From positions 1-62,756 of IMG/VR virus record IMGVR_UViG_3300034105_003214: 62,756 bases of DNA; one strand, written 5' to 3'. The stretch is from a virus. Its lineage: Duplodnaviria; Caudoviricetes. Below, in pieces: positions 47,566 to 57,512 of this stretch; the first letter of the stretch is position 1; each line of letters starts with the position of its first letter. Made by a program: the position numbers and the translations under genes. The notes beneath the pieces are model-generated. The model searched no databases and was not told where the DNA came from. It was given only the letters and a program-made list of their open reading frames with translations.

Positions 47566-48762
47566 ATGAAAAAAAATATTTTAAATATAGAAATAATTAG
47601 ACCAGAACAAGAATTAATCATTATGGTTGGTGTTTCTGGTTCTGGTAAAAGTAGTAAAGCTAGAGAGATAGTAGGTAAAGGAGTTATTCACTCAACCGAT
47701 TCTGTTATAGAATCCTTAGGTGATTATAACTATTTTTTTAAAAAAATGATTGAATCAGGGAATTTTTCTGATTTATCCAGAGCTCATTTAATTAATATTA
47801 ATAATTCAATAAATTCAATTAAAAATGGTATTACCCCTTGTATTATTGATAACACTAATTTAAGTAAAAGTGAAATAAAACAATATGTTGAAAATGGGTT
47901 ATTACTTGGATTATCTGATGATAATATTAAAATTATTAAAATTGGAATTGATGATTTATCACCAGAAGAATTAACTAAAAGAAATTCACACGGTGTACCA
48001 TTAGAAAAGATAATAAAAATGATTCAAAAATATAAAAATTTGGGTGAGTTAACACTAAAAAATATTTTAGCATCTAAAGATATCTATCATAATAAAGTTG
48101 GTGTGTATAACTTAGTAAATTTAAAAAATGGTAAAGTGTATATAGGTAGTACTGGTAAATCTTTATCGTTAAGGAAAAAACAACACTTTAATAATTTAAA
48201 AAATGGTACTCATGAAAATCCAATTTTGCAAAAATCATACAATAAACATGGGTTAGAAAGTTTCAAATTTGAAATAATTGAAAGTTTTAATAATATAAAA
48301 ATAGAAAAATTATTAAAATTGGAAGAGAAATATATTTTAGAAAATGATTCAACAAACAGAAATTTTGGTTATAATATTTGTTCTGTTAGTCAATCTAGAT
48401 TAGGTACTAAATGGTCTGAAGAATCTAAAATAAATAGATGTGGAATAGGAAACCCAATGTTTGGTAAAGGTGATGATAGAAAAGGTAATAAAAACCCAAT
48501 GTTTGGTAAAAATGTATCTGAAGAAACTAGAAATAAACTATCAATAATTGGAAAAGGTGTAAAAAAACCAATGGTTAGTGAAAAATTAAGTGTTCCAATA
48601 GTTCAATTAGATATGTATGGTAATAAAATTAAAGAATTTAAATCTGGTGTTGAAGCTTTTAACGAAACAAAAATTTTTCATATTAATGCTGTATGTAATG
48701 GAAAAAGAAAACAAGCTGGTGGTTATGTATGGATTTTTAAAAAAGATTATACTGATAAATAA
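47566..48762 (+). CDS. AAA_33/PNK-like kinase fused in frame to a GIY-YIG homing endonuclease
   Basis: GVSGSGKS, IIDNTN, RNSHGVP; then GVYNL...VYIGST, NPMFGK x2, KRKQAGGYVW. Confidence 0.85.
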   Translation: MKKNILNIEIIRPEQELIIMVGVSGSGKSSKAREIVGKGVIHSTDSVIESLGDYNYFFKKMIESGNFSDLSRAHLININNSINSIKNGITPCIIDNTNLSKSEIKQYVENGLLLGLSDDNIKIIKIGIDDLSPEELTKRNSHGVPLEKIIKMIQKYKNLGELTLKNILASKDIYHNKVGVYNLVNLKNGKVYIGSTGKSLSLRKKQHFNNLKNGTHENPILQKSYNKHGLESFKFEIIESFNNIKIEKLLKLEEKYILENDSTNRNFGYNICSVSQSRLGTKWSEESKINRCGIGNPMFGKGDDRKGNKNPMFGKNVSEETRNKLSIIGKGVKKPMVSEKLSVPIVQLDMYGNKIKEFKSGVEAFNETKIFHINAVCNGKRKQAGGYVWIFKKDYTDK

Positions 48763-48767
48763 AAATT

Positions 48768-49157
48768 ATGGAAGGAGAAACTAATGTATTGTATAGTTGT
48801 GTGTTATTAGATGAAGAATCTAGAAAAATATTATTAGATAATTTAAAATATTTAATACCAGATAATTTCAAAATCATTGCACATCATATGACAATAACCA
48901 TGGGTGAATTAAAAGATAAAAGTATTTTGGGTACTGAACAACTTCTTGCAGTAACTAAAGTTGGTATTAGTGATATGGCAATGGCTGTTGCGGTTCAAAG
49001 TGATATTGAAACCAAAAATAAAATACCACACGTAACGGTTGCTATTAATCCAGATGGGGGTAAACCTGTAATGAGCAATGATATTACTGATTGGCAAGAT
49101 ATAAGAATGTTTATATTATCAGGTGAAGTAACTGAAATAAAAAAGAGAGCTATATAG
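48768..49157 (+). CDS. 2H phosphoesterase (Trl1 cyclic-phosphodiesterase-like)
   Basis: HHMTI and PHVTVA motifs; SN..TDW. Confidence 0.75.
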   Translation: MEGETNVLYSCVLLDEESRKILLDNLKYLIPDNFKIIAHHMTITMGELKDKSILGTEQLLAVTKVGISDMAMAVAVQSDIETKNKIPHVTVAINPDGGKPVMSNDITDWQDIRMFILSGEVTEIKKRAI

Positions 49158-49167
49158 CTCTCTTTTT
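49139..49167. terminator. Bidirectional terminator
   Basis: AAAAAGAGAGCTA-TA-TAGCTCTCTTTTT. Confidence 0.65.
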
Positions 49168-49184
49168 AGTTTTATGTTATATTG

Positions 49185-49400
49185 TTAAAGGTAAAGTTTA
49201 GCCCCATCTTCTTGTAATAAATAAAACCCATCTTCTTGTAATAAAAATTGACTTATTATTATTATCCCACGACCTCCATTAGGACTACTTTTTTCAGTTG
49301 TTGAACTTTTTTTTGTTGTTGTTTTTGCATAGTATGATTTAACATCGCTTTTGTCTGTTTCTATAAAAACAACTCTTGGGTTTATTAGATTTTTTTTCAT
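49185..49400 (-). CDS. Small protein with LLQEDG repeat, possibly virion-associated
   Basis: FLLQEDGFYLLQEDGAKL; ATATTTAT box upstream. Confidence 0.5.
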   Translation of the reverse strand: MKKNLINPRVVFIETDKSDVKSYYAKTTTKKSSTTEKSSPNGGRGIIIISQFLLQEDGFYLLQEDGAKLYL

Positions 49401-49505
49401 GTTTTTGGTTTATTATAAATATTAAAATAATACAAAAAAAAAAATAATTAATATATTATTTGGTTGTTATTATAATATATTGTATTTTTGTCAAAATTTA
49501 ATCAT

Positions 49506-49847
49506 ATGAAAAATGAAGATAGACACTTAGACCTTAGTGCTAAGTTTATAGAAATGGGTCAAACCCTTATGTTAGAAGGTAAAAATTCTAAAGATTTAAT
49601 GATATCACAATCGGGTGGTGTTTTAGTTTTGTTGGGTAGTTTGATGTATGATGAAAAAGATATTAATTTACTTAGTCAAATATGTTCCATGTTTTCTGCG
49701 AAGAAAATAGTTGAAAATATGGAAAGAAATAATAATGATTATACAAATTATTTAAAAGATAAACACAAAAGTGAAACCTATGATGATTTTATTAAAAGAA
49801 TAAATGATTTAAGAAGAAAAAATGGTGATGAACCAATTGATGAATAA
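49506..49847 (+). CDS. Hypothetical protein
   Basis: ORF. Confidence 0.55.
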   Translation: MKNEDRHLDLSAKFIEMGQTLMLEGKNSKDLMISQSGGVLVLLGSLMYDEKDINLLSQICSMFSAKKIVENMERNNNDYTNYLKDKHKSETYDDFIKRINDLRRKNGDEPIDE

Positions 49848-49851
49848 TATT

Positions 49852-50976
49852 ATGTTAACAATACAAAAATATATAATTAAACACGGATTAGAAAAAACAA
49901 TCTTAGACTTTCAATTAAAGGTTAAGAGATACCCTTCAAAAATTCTTTTAAAATATGACCAGCTAGTGTCACCAACTCTTATGGGGTTGCCAGAGATGCA
50001 AGATTGTCGTGGGTTAATACTTGAAATAGATACATGGAAAGTAATGTCACTAGCATTCAGAAAATTTTTTAACTCACAAGAGAATAACGCAGCTAAAATA
50101 GATTGGAATACTGCTAGTGTGTTAGAAAAACTAGATGGTACCATGATTCAAGTATATTGGGACTGGAATAAAGAAACATGGTTTGCTGCTACTACTGGTA
50201 CAGCCGAAGGTGAAGGTGAAGTAAACAATAAAATGGGTACCACATTCAATGAATTGTTTTGGGATACTGTAAATAACAAATATAATTTTAATAATTGTTT
50301 GTTAGATAAAAATCACATATACGTTTTTGAATTAACTACACCATATAATATAGTGGTTAAACCACATGGTGAATCATCTGCTACAATCCTTACAGTTAGA
50401 AACAGAGAAACTCTAGTAGAACTATCTGGAAAAGACTTGGAAATGGTTGCTATATCACTTGGGTTACCACTGGTTAAAAAGTTTGACTTGAATGCGAAAG
50501 ATATAGGTGCTTTGTTACATACATTTGAAGGTATGCCATGGTCAGAAGAAGGGTATGTTGTTGTGGATGCTAATTTTAATCGTGTTAAAATAAAAAATCC
50601 AGCGTACCTGGCTGTTCACCACTTAAAAGGTAAAACAGCTGAACATAATATCCTTACAATAGTTAAGACTAATGAGATTGAAGAGTTCGCATCAACTTTC
50701 CCAGAAAGAAAAGATGAACTTTATAAGTTAAAAGAAAACTACGATAAATTAACTGAAACGTTAAATGTTACGTGGGAAATATTGAGATTAGCTAAACCTA
50801 AAGAAATAACTCCAGCTGAAAAAAAGAGATATGCAATGAAAGTTTTTGAGGTATGTGATAACACTACCTTAAAACCATTTACAGGTTTATACTTTGGATT
50901 GGCAGAAGGTAAAATAGAGTCTGTTGAAGACTTTATATTTAAATACGATGATAAATTATTATATAAAATGCTTTAA
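49852..50976 (+). CDS. RNA ligase 1 (T4 Rnl1-like)
   Basis: CRGLIL, FRKFFN, EKLDGT, FELTTP.N.IV, EEGYVV, RVKIKN..Y. Confidence 0.85.
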   Translation: MLTIQKYIIKHGLEKTILDFQLKVKRYPSKILLKYDQLVSPTLMGLPEMQDCRGLILEIDTWKVMSLAFRKFFNSQENNAAKIDWNTASVLEKLDGTMIQVYWDWNKETWFAATTGTAEGEGEVNNKMGTTFNELFWDTVNNKYNFNNCLLDKNHIYVFELTTPYNIVVKPHGESSATILTVRNRETLVELSGKDLEMVAISLGLPLVKKFDLNAKDIGALLHTFEGMPWSEEGYVVVDANFNRVKIKNPAYLAVHHLKGKTAEHNILTIVKTNEIEEFASTFPERKDELYKLKENYDKLTETLNVTWEILRLAKPKEITPAEKKRYAMKVFEVCDNTTLKPFTGLYFGLAEGKIESVEDFIFKYDDKLLYKML

Positions 50977-50978
50977 TT

Positions 50979-51356
50979 ATGAGTAAAGAAGAAATGGATG
51001 AATTTCTAGTTTCCATTGGTGGATTAGAAAGAACGTATAGAGAAGACAAAGGACCAATCGTTGATGCGTATTATTTTAGTGTGTATGAAGGTTGGTATCC
51101 TTTAATTAAAGACCTTATAAATGAATTGATTGCTTTGGGTTGGGATAAACGAATTGCTCAGGTTAAAGAAAAATTTGGTGGGCTTAGATTCTATATTGAA
51201 ACATATTCTGAAGGGTATCAAGAAGTTATTTCTAAATATGAAAGACTATCATATAAAACATGTGAGAAATGTGGTAATGATGGTACCAATAGGAAAATTA
51301 AAAATTGGTTATGTACACTATGTGATGACCACGCAAAAGAAAAAGAAGAAAATTAA
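50979..51356 (+). CDS. Conserved phage hypothetical protein
   Basis: GW, QVKEKFGGLRFY, CEKCG...TLCDDH. Confidence 0.65.
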   Translation: MSKEEMDEFLVSIGGLERTYREDKGPIVDAYYFSVYEGWYPLIKDLINELIALGWDKRIAQVKEKFGGLRFYIETYSEGYQEVISKYERLSYKTCEKCGNDGTNRKIKNWLCTLCDDHAKEKEEN

Positions 51357-51407
51357 TTTGGTAGTTTAAAAATAAGTATTATATTTGCACTCTAAAACAA
51401 TAACATT

Positions 51408-52814
51408 ATGAAAATTAAAGAAATTTTTGACGAAATTGCTGCTGAAGGTGGTACAAATGCTAAGGTTGCAATCCTTACAAAATATGTTGACAATGAATTG
51501 TTGAAACGTGTTTTATATTTAGCTAATTCTAAAAGGGTTAAATTTTATATTAAACAACTTCCAGAATACAGTTGGATTAACAATGGTGGTGAAACTTTAG
51601 AATGGGCGTTAGATGGGTTGAAACGTATTACTGATAGAAGCATTACTGGTACTGATGCATTAAATTGGCTTGTAGTTCTTTTAAGTGGTGTATCTACTGA
51701 TGATGCTTATATTCTTGAGCGTATCATTGACAAAGATTGTAAAATTGGTTTAGGTACCACTTACATGAATAAAGTATTCAAAGGTCTTATTGAAGATACT
51801 CCTTATATGGGTGCTGTATCGTTTGATGAGAAGAAAGCTCGTAAGGTATTTGAAAAAGGTGCCAAAGGAATATCACAAATCAAAATGGATGGTCGTTATT
51901 GCAACGCTATTGTTCGTAATGGTGAAGTTGAAATGGAAAGCCGCCAAGGTGAACCAACAATCCTTACTGGTGCTAAATTCTTGGAAGAATTAACTTCTTT
52001 CGAAGATTGCGTACTTAATGGTGAGTTAACTATGGATGGTGTATCTCGTTATGAGTCAAATGGTATCATTGCATCGCTTATTGATATTTGTTCTAAACGT
52101 GATTCCAGAACTGATAAAGAAAACGATAAGAAAATAACCAACTTTGAAGATAAGCATGGTAGTTTCACTGGTGCTTTAGAGAAAATCAGATACACCGTAT
52201 GGGATAGACTTACTGTTGATGAGTATTTCAACAAAGCTTCTAAACTTAAGTATGCTGAACGTTTAGCGTATTTGGAAAGATTAATTGAAAATGCTAATTC
52301 TTCTAGTGTTAAAATGATTGAAAGCACTATAGTTCATAACTATGCACAAGCAATGACACACTTCCAAGAAGTATTGGCTGCAGGTGAAGAAGGAACAATC
52401 CTTAAAGCATGGGATGGTGAGTGGAAAGATGGTAAACCAACATGGCAAATTAAATGTAAATTGGAATTGGATTTAGATTTGAAAATTACTGGATTTAACT
52501 ATGGGGCTAAAGGTACTAAAAATGAAAATGTTATTAGTTCATTAAATGTTGAAAGTTTATGTGGTAAACTAAAAACAAGACCACAAGGATTAAAAGAAAC
52601 TTTAATGAAAGAAATTACAGAAAATCAAGACAAATTATTAGGTACTATAATTGAAGTTAAGTGTTCTGGTTTATCACATGACAGTAATGGTAATTATTCA
52701 CTTCTTCACCCAGCATTTAAAGGTTTTAGGGATGATAAAATAGAAGCAAATACTTTAAAAGAATGTATTGAAATTCAAAATTCAGCTATTGGATTATCTT
52801 TAATAACAACGTAA
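51408..52814 (+). CDS. ATP-dependent DNA ligase
   Basis: IKMDGRY, LNGEL, VWD, EEGTILK, IKCK, LLHPAF..FRDDK. Confidence 0.9.
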   Translation: MKIKEIFDEIAAEGGTNAKVAILTKYVDNELLKRVLYLANSKRVKFYIKQLPEYSWINNGGETLEWALDGLKRITDRSITGTDALNWLVVLLSGVSTDDAYILERIIDKDCKIGLGTTYMNKVFKGLIEDTPYMGAVSFDEKKARKVFEKGAKGISQIKMDGRYCNAIVRNGEVEMESRQGEPTILTGAKFLEELTSFEDCVLNGELTMDGVSRYESNGIIASLIDICSKRDSRTDKENDKKITNFEDKHGSFTGALEKIRYTVWDRLTVDEYFNKASKLKYAERLAYLERLIENANSSSVKMIESTIVHNYAQAMTHFQEVLAAGEEGTILKAWDGEWKDGKPTWQIKCKLELDLDLKITGFNYGAKGTKNENVISSLNVESLCGKLKTRPQGLKETLMKEITENQDKLLGTIIEVKCSGLSHDSNGNYSLLHPAFKGFRDDKIEANTLKECIEIQNSAIGLSLITT

Positions 52815-52815
52815 T

Positions 52816-52989
52816 ATGGAAATAATATTCACAATAATCGGAATTTTAATTAGTATCTTATTACCTTTGGTAATATTATTTATCTTATTTTTTGGTTATC
52901 AAAGATATAAAGTAAAAAAGAAATCAGATTTTTTCTTTAATAAAAAAATGAGTGAAACAATAATAAAAAATAAAAATAAAATAATATGA
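52816..52989 (+). CDS. Small membrane protein (not in ORF track)
   Basis: MEIIFTIIGILISILLPLVILFILFFGY...; fills the gap. Confidence 0.45.
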   Translation: MEIIFTIIGILISILLPLVILFILFFGYQRYKVKKKSDFFFNKKMSETIIKNKNKII

Positions 52990-53195
52990 AAATAGATTAC
53001 GGTAGCGAAGAATTAATCTCCGCATTTTACGATTATAATGGGGAAATGGAAGATGGAAGAAAGTTCATTATTCATGCGACTTGGGATTCTTGGGATGAAT
53101 ATGGGGTTGATTCAATTGAATGGTTAAATGATGCAGAAGGAACTGATGAAGAGGAAGAGGAAATAATTGAACAATTTTTATCTGATAATAATTAA
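52986..53195 (+). CDS. Small very acidic protein
   Basis: D/E-rich ORF. Confidence 0.55.
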   Translation: MKIDYGSEELISAFYDYNGEMEDGRKFIIHATWDSWDEYGVDSIEWLNDAEGTDEEEEEIIEQFLSDNN

Positions 53196-53196
53196 C

Positions 53197-53859
53197 ATGA
53201 AAAAATTAATTTTAGTCATGTTGTTAATCACAATAAGTGGTTATAGTCAAATTAAACTAGATTCATTATCTATTAGTAAAGATTCCGTAATCAATACTAA
53301 GGTTAAAAGTTCATGGTATGTTAGAAGTATGTTTGTTTCTTTGATGAGTGCTGGTCAACTTGGTGAGACGTTATCAGAACGCATTACTCAAAATATTGAA
53401 TTTGGTAAGTCGATAGGTATGGTAGATGTTGGATTGGCTATTGGTAAAGCTAAATTAATTAATTATAGTTCTGATAGCTATTTGGTAGATAATTCTATTA
53501 TTACACAATACCAAGACCATAATGAAAATAAATTATACATTCAGGGTAGATTAACAATGGATGCATGTCAATATGGTATTTTCAGTAATGAAATTTCAAT
53601 TGGTGCTGGTTATACATTTTCTAAAACAATGCCAATCATGCTTGAGATTTCATCAACAATCTTTGCACAGGTTGGTGATAATTGGGGTTTAGGAATTATA
53701 ATTGGTACTTATAATTTTACTGGTGATAATGATGATTTAAATAAATCTTTCACTGGTTTATTTTTAAGATATGGTTTAATAAGAGATGATGGTGGTATAT
53801 TATTAAACAGGACACGTGTAACACGTTCAAAACGACCAATCCATAATAAAGTTAAATAA
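53197..53859 (+). CDS. Secreted, possibly outer-membrane beta-barrel protein
   Basis: MKKLILVMLLITISGYSQ signal peptide of Bacteroidota type; alternating beta-strand pattern. Confidence 0.5.
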   Translation: MKKLILVMLLITISGYSQIKLDSLSISKDSVINTKVKSSWYVRSMFVSLMSAGQLGETLSERITQNIEFGKSIGMVDVGLAIGKAKLINYSSDSYLVDNSIITQYQDHNENKLYIQGRLTMDACQYGIFSNEISIGAGYTFSKTMPIMLEISSTIFAQVGDNWGLGIIIGTYNFTGDNDDLNKSFTGLFLRYGLIRDDGGILLNRTRVTRSKRPIHNKVK

Positions 53860-53873
53860 TAAAAATAGATAAA

Positions 53874-54914
53874 ATGAAAAAAATGATAAAATTTCCGTCT
53901 ATCGAGCAGTTTAGAAGTGTCGTGACGAATATAAACAGACATTACAACTATGTTGGGTTAGATGAAAATGGTGATGCTATTTATGACCATACATTACCTA
54001 AACCAACACTTACCTTTAAAGGTACTGTTAAGTTACATGGAACCAATGCTGCTGTATCTTATAATAAAGATGGTGGGTTTTGGGCACAATCTCGTGAGAA
54101 TATCATTACACCAGAAAAAGATAACGCAGCTTTCGCTTTCTTTGCTGAATCTAACAAAGATGCTTTTAATAAGTTATTCCGTGAGATTCAAGAAAAAACT
54201 AATGTTAGTTACGAACATAATACAGTCACTATTTATGGTGAGTGGTGTGGTGGTAATATTCAAAAAGGTGTTGGTATTACCAATCTCCCTAAATCTTTCT
54301 TTATTTTTGGGGTTAAGATTAGTCCAATCGTTGCTGATGAAGAAGAATTAAAAAACCAACCAGCTTATTGGGTTGATTATTCATATTTGAAATCACCAGA
54401 AAACAAAATCTACAATATTGATGACTATGAAACATTTTCAATTGATATTGATTTTAACATGCCTGCTTTGGTTCAAAATCAATTATCTGAACTTACTATC
54501 GCTGTTGAAGAAGAATGTCCTGTAGCGAAAGCTTTTGGCTTCTCTGGAATCGGTGAAGGTATTGTTTGGTCAACTGAAGTAAAAGGTATCACTCATCGCT
54601 TTAAGGTGAAAGGTGAAAAACACTCTAGTTCTAAGGTTAAAACTCTTGCAAGTGTTGATGTTGAAAAATTGGAGGGTATTCAAAAATTTGTAGAATATGC
54701 AGTTACTGAAAGTCGTTTCAATCAAGCACTTGAAAATACATTCATTAATGATGAACCAATCGATGTTAAAAAGATGGGTGATGTTATCAGATGGGTTGTA
54801 AATGATGTAGTAAAAGAAGAAATGGATACTATGGTAACCAATAACATTGAACCTAAAGAAATAAATAAATATCTTTCCAGCAAAGTAAGGGAGATGTTCT
54901 TTAAAATGGTTTAA
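53874..54914 (+). CDS. RNA ligase 2-like protein
   Basis: TVKLHGTNA, QSR, IYGEWCG..IQKGV, GEGIVW, FKVK. Confidence 0.8.
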   Translation: MKKMIKFPSIEQFRSVVTNINRHYNYVGLDENGDAIYDHTLPKPTLTFKGTVKLHGTNAAVSYNKDGGFWAQSRENIITPEKDNAAFAFFAESNKDAFNKLFREIQEKTNVSYEHNTVTIYGEWCGGNIQKGVGITNLPKSFFIFGVKISPIVADEEELKNQPAYWVDYSYLKSPENKIYNIDDYETFSIDIDFNMPALVQNQLSELTIAVEEECPVAKAFGFSGIGEGIVWSTEVKGITHRFKVKGEKHSSSKVKTLASVDVEKLEGIQKFVEYAVTESRFNQALENTFINDEPIDVKKMGDVIRWVVNDVVKEEMDTMVTNNIEPKEINKYLSSKVREMFFKMV

Positions 54915-54962
54915 TAGTTGACTTTTGAACTTTGTTTGTTATCTTTATAAAAAAATAAAATT

Positions 54963-55166
54963 ATGATAACAAATAAAGTTTTTAGATTAAAACACGCTGC
55001 AGAAGTAGCACCAGGAATGCCACTACAAGGTGGCCAAGAATTAGAGATTGTAACTGATGTGGTTTACGTAAATGGAAACATGGTACCACCAGATATGCAA
55101 TCTTTATTCTATAATTGGATTATTAATAACCAAGGATTATTTGATGACGTAACAAAAAATTGGTGA
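54963..55166 (+). CDS. Hypothetical protein
   Basis: ORF. Confidence 0.55.
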   Translation: MITNKVFRLKHAAEVAPGMPLQGGQELEIVTDVVYVNGNMVPPDMQSLFYNWIINNQGLFDDVTKNW

Positions 55167-55225
55167 TTAAATTTTTTATTTGAAATAATTAATTTATCTT
55201 TGCAAAGAATTTAATATAATTTATC

Positions 55226-56518
55226 ATGATAATTAAAGAAAACGGTTTAAGATACGCCAAATTAATTCATGTTTCTGTTGATAACGGAATGACTGATAAT
55301 AGTAACAAAGTTTATATCATGGAAGAACTTTCCGATGGTACTATCAAATGTGAATACGGTAGAGTTGGACGTAGTTTAACTACTGAGATTAAACCTTCAA
55401 GCAAATGGGATAGTGTTCTTAAACAGAAACTATCTAAAACAAAAGGTTATACTGATGTTACTGAATTCTTAGCTGAACCAGTAATTGATGCTACCAGTGG
55501 TTCAACAGCTACTGCTAAAACTGAAGAGATTAAAAACTCTGTGGTTAAAAGACTTATCGACCAATTAATGAGCTTTGCAAACAAAGCAATCCAAAGAAAC
55601 TATAAGGTTACTCAAGAAGCTGTATCTGAACAACAAGTAAATGCTGCTCAGGAATTAATTGATACTATTAGTTTTAAATTGGTCTTGAATGTTGATAAGA
55701 AAGACATCAATGACTTGTTACTTAAATTATATACCATTATCCCTAGAAGAATGGATAATGTACGTGATTATCTTATCAATGATGTAAACGATGTTAATTC
55801 CTTAGAAAAAGCACAAAAATTCATTGGACAAGAACAATCTACATTAGATACGATGGCAGGTCAGGTTCAATTGATTAAACAACAAAAAGCCGCTGCTGAC
55901 GCTCCAGAAGAAGAACAAGTTGACCAAATTACAATCCTTGACCAAATGGGTCTTAGAGTTGATGTTGAAGAAGATACTGAAACACTTGCTCTTGTCACTA
56001 AGCTTATGGGCCCTAACGCTCACCAAGTTAAACAAGTCTTTAAGGTTGTTAATACCAAAACACAAAAAGTATTTGACACTCACTTTGAACAAGCTAAGGT
56101 TAAGAAAAGAAGACTTTACTGGCATGGTTCCCGTAATGAGAACTGGTTTAACATCTTACAAACTGGTTTATTGATTAGACCTTCTGGTGCTGTTCATACT
56201 GGTAGTATGTTTGGTGATGGTATCTACTTTGCTGATAAAGCACAGAAATCTATCGGTTATTCATCGTTGAGAGGTTCTTATTGGACCAAAGGTGGTGATG
56301 ATAAAGCATATTTAGCGTTGTTTGATGTTCATTTAGGAAATCAAAAAGAAATCCTTAACCACACATCTAGTTGTTATTCATTATCTGATAAAGTATTGAA
56401 AAAAGACGATTACGATTCAGTATTTGCCAAAGGTGGTGCTGATTTAAGAAACAATGAATACATCGTTTATAACGCAGCACAATGTACTGTATCGCATTTA
56501 ATTGAAATTGGAAACTAA
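55226..56518 (+). CDS. PARP-like ADP-ribosyltransferase (WGR-like, helical regulatory and catalytic domains)
   Basis: NKVY...YGRVG; LYTIIPR; LYWHGSR, GSMFGDGIYFA..AQKS.GY, NNEYIVYN. Confidence 0.88.
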   Translation: MIIKENGLRYAKLIHVSVDNGMTDNSNKVYIMEELSDGTIKCEYGRVGRSLTTEIKPSSKWDSVLKQKLSKTKGYTDVTEFLAEPVIDATSGSTATAKTEEIKNSVVKRLIDQLMSFANKAIQRNYKVTQEAVSEQQVNAAQELIDTISFKLVLNVDKKDINDLLLKLYTIIPRRMDNVRDYLINDVNDVNSLEKAQKFIGQEQSTLDTMAGQVQLIKQQKAAADAPEEEQVDQITILDQMGLRVDVEEDTETLALVTKLMGPNAHQVKQVFKVVNTKTQKVFDTHFEQAKVKKRRLYWHGSRNENWFNILQTGLLIRPSGAVHTGSMFGDGIYFADKAQKSIGYSSLRGSYWTKGGDDKAYLALFDVHLGNQKEILNHTSSCYSLSDKVLKKDDYDSVFAKGGADLRNNEYIVYNAAQCTVSHLIEIGN

Positions 56519-56721
56519 TGGCATCATTTGAATTAAACGAAGTAGAACAAAAGACATTAGACAAATTGATACAAGCGATTAACATTGTGTATGGTGATAA
56601 TCTAAGTGCAAAAATAACATATTGTTTCACCCATACAGGTATTGGTTGTAACGTAAAAGTTATAATAAAATGGGGTGATAATACAATAGAAAAAGACATA
56701 ACCGACTACGATAGTTGGTAG
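56518..56721 (+). CDS. Conserved phage hypothetical protein
   Basis: TYCFTHTGIG...DITDYDSW. Confidence 0.6.
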   Translation: MASFELNEVEQKTLDKLIQAINIVYGDNLSAKITYCFTHTGIGCNVKVIIKWGDNTIEKDITDYDSW

Positions 56722-56760
56722 TTTACTATCAATAGTAAATAGTAAAAAACCAAAAGAAAA

Positions 56761-57474
56761 ATGAATGATTTAAGAACAGGGTACGATTGGTGCCTATCAG
56801 CTAATATGAGAATCCTTGACATTTCGTCATGGGATACTGACATGGTGTCATGTGAAGATTCATATAACACAGAAAAAATAACATCAGATGAATTTATAAG
56901 ACGTATTGAGTTATGCAAAGTTAAAGCTAACTCAATGCCTCGTAAGACAGTTATGTATTTAGAATATCGTATGTATGGATTAGTTGCCTATCAATTATCT
57001 GGTACAATACATGCTGGAATTCAATTTGGTCATGCAGTAGTCGAATATCAACAAAATGTTAAAGGATTACCACCACATGAAGCAATTTATAATAAATGGG
57101 CTAAAAATGATAAAACATTCATTATCCTTAATGGTGGAACTACCAACAATAACCCAGAAAAAATGGGAAGCCTTAATCAGCACTTAGCTGCATTGTATTT
57201 TAATGGTATTATCACATCAGAGTTCTATGAACCAGATTTGGGTGACCAATTAACAGCGTTTGTTTTCTTGGTTGATGAAAGAGTTTTTAATAGAACTCTT
57301 TATCCAGACTTTCAAGAAGAAAAATTACCTTATGGTGTTCGTAAACCATCTAAGAAAGTTGAAACTGAATTAGAAGAACGCAACGAAGCCAACTACGAAA
57401 AATGGGTTGATAAAATTGGTGGGCCCACCAATGCATTCTTAAGAGAATTTTTAAAACCGCTTAGATTAGCTTAA
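56761..57474 (+). CDS. Peptidyl-tRNA hydrolase 2 (Pth2)-like fold protein
   Basis: MY.LV..QLS..HAGIQFGHA, KTFIILNGG, FYEPDLGDQLTA. Confidence 0.55.
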   Translation: MNDLRTGYDWCLSANMRILDISSWDTDMVSCEDSYNTEKITSDEFIRRIELCKVKANSMPRKTVMYLEYRMYGLVAYQLSGTIHAGIQFGHAVVEYQQNVKGLPPHEAIYNKWAKNDKTFIILNGGTTNNNPEKMGSLNQHLAALYFNGIITSEFYEPDLGDQLTAFVFLVDERVFNRTLYPDFQEEKLPYGVRKPSKKVETELEERNEANYEKWVDKIGGPTNAFLREFLKPLRLA

Positions 57475-57512
57475 AAACTTGACTTATTCTAAATTTATCT
57501 TTATACTTGTAT

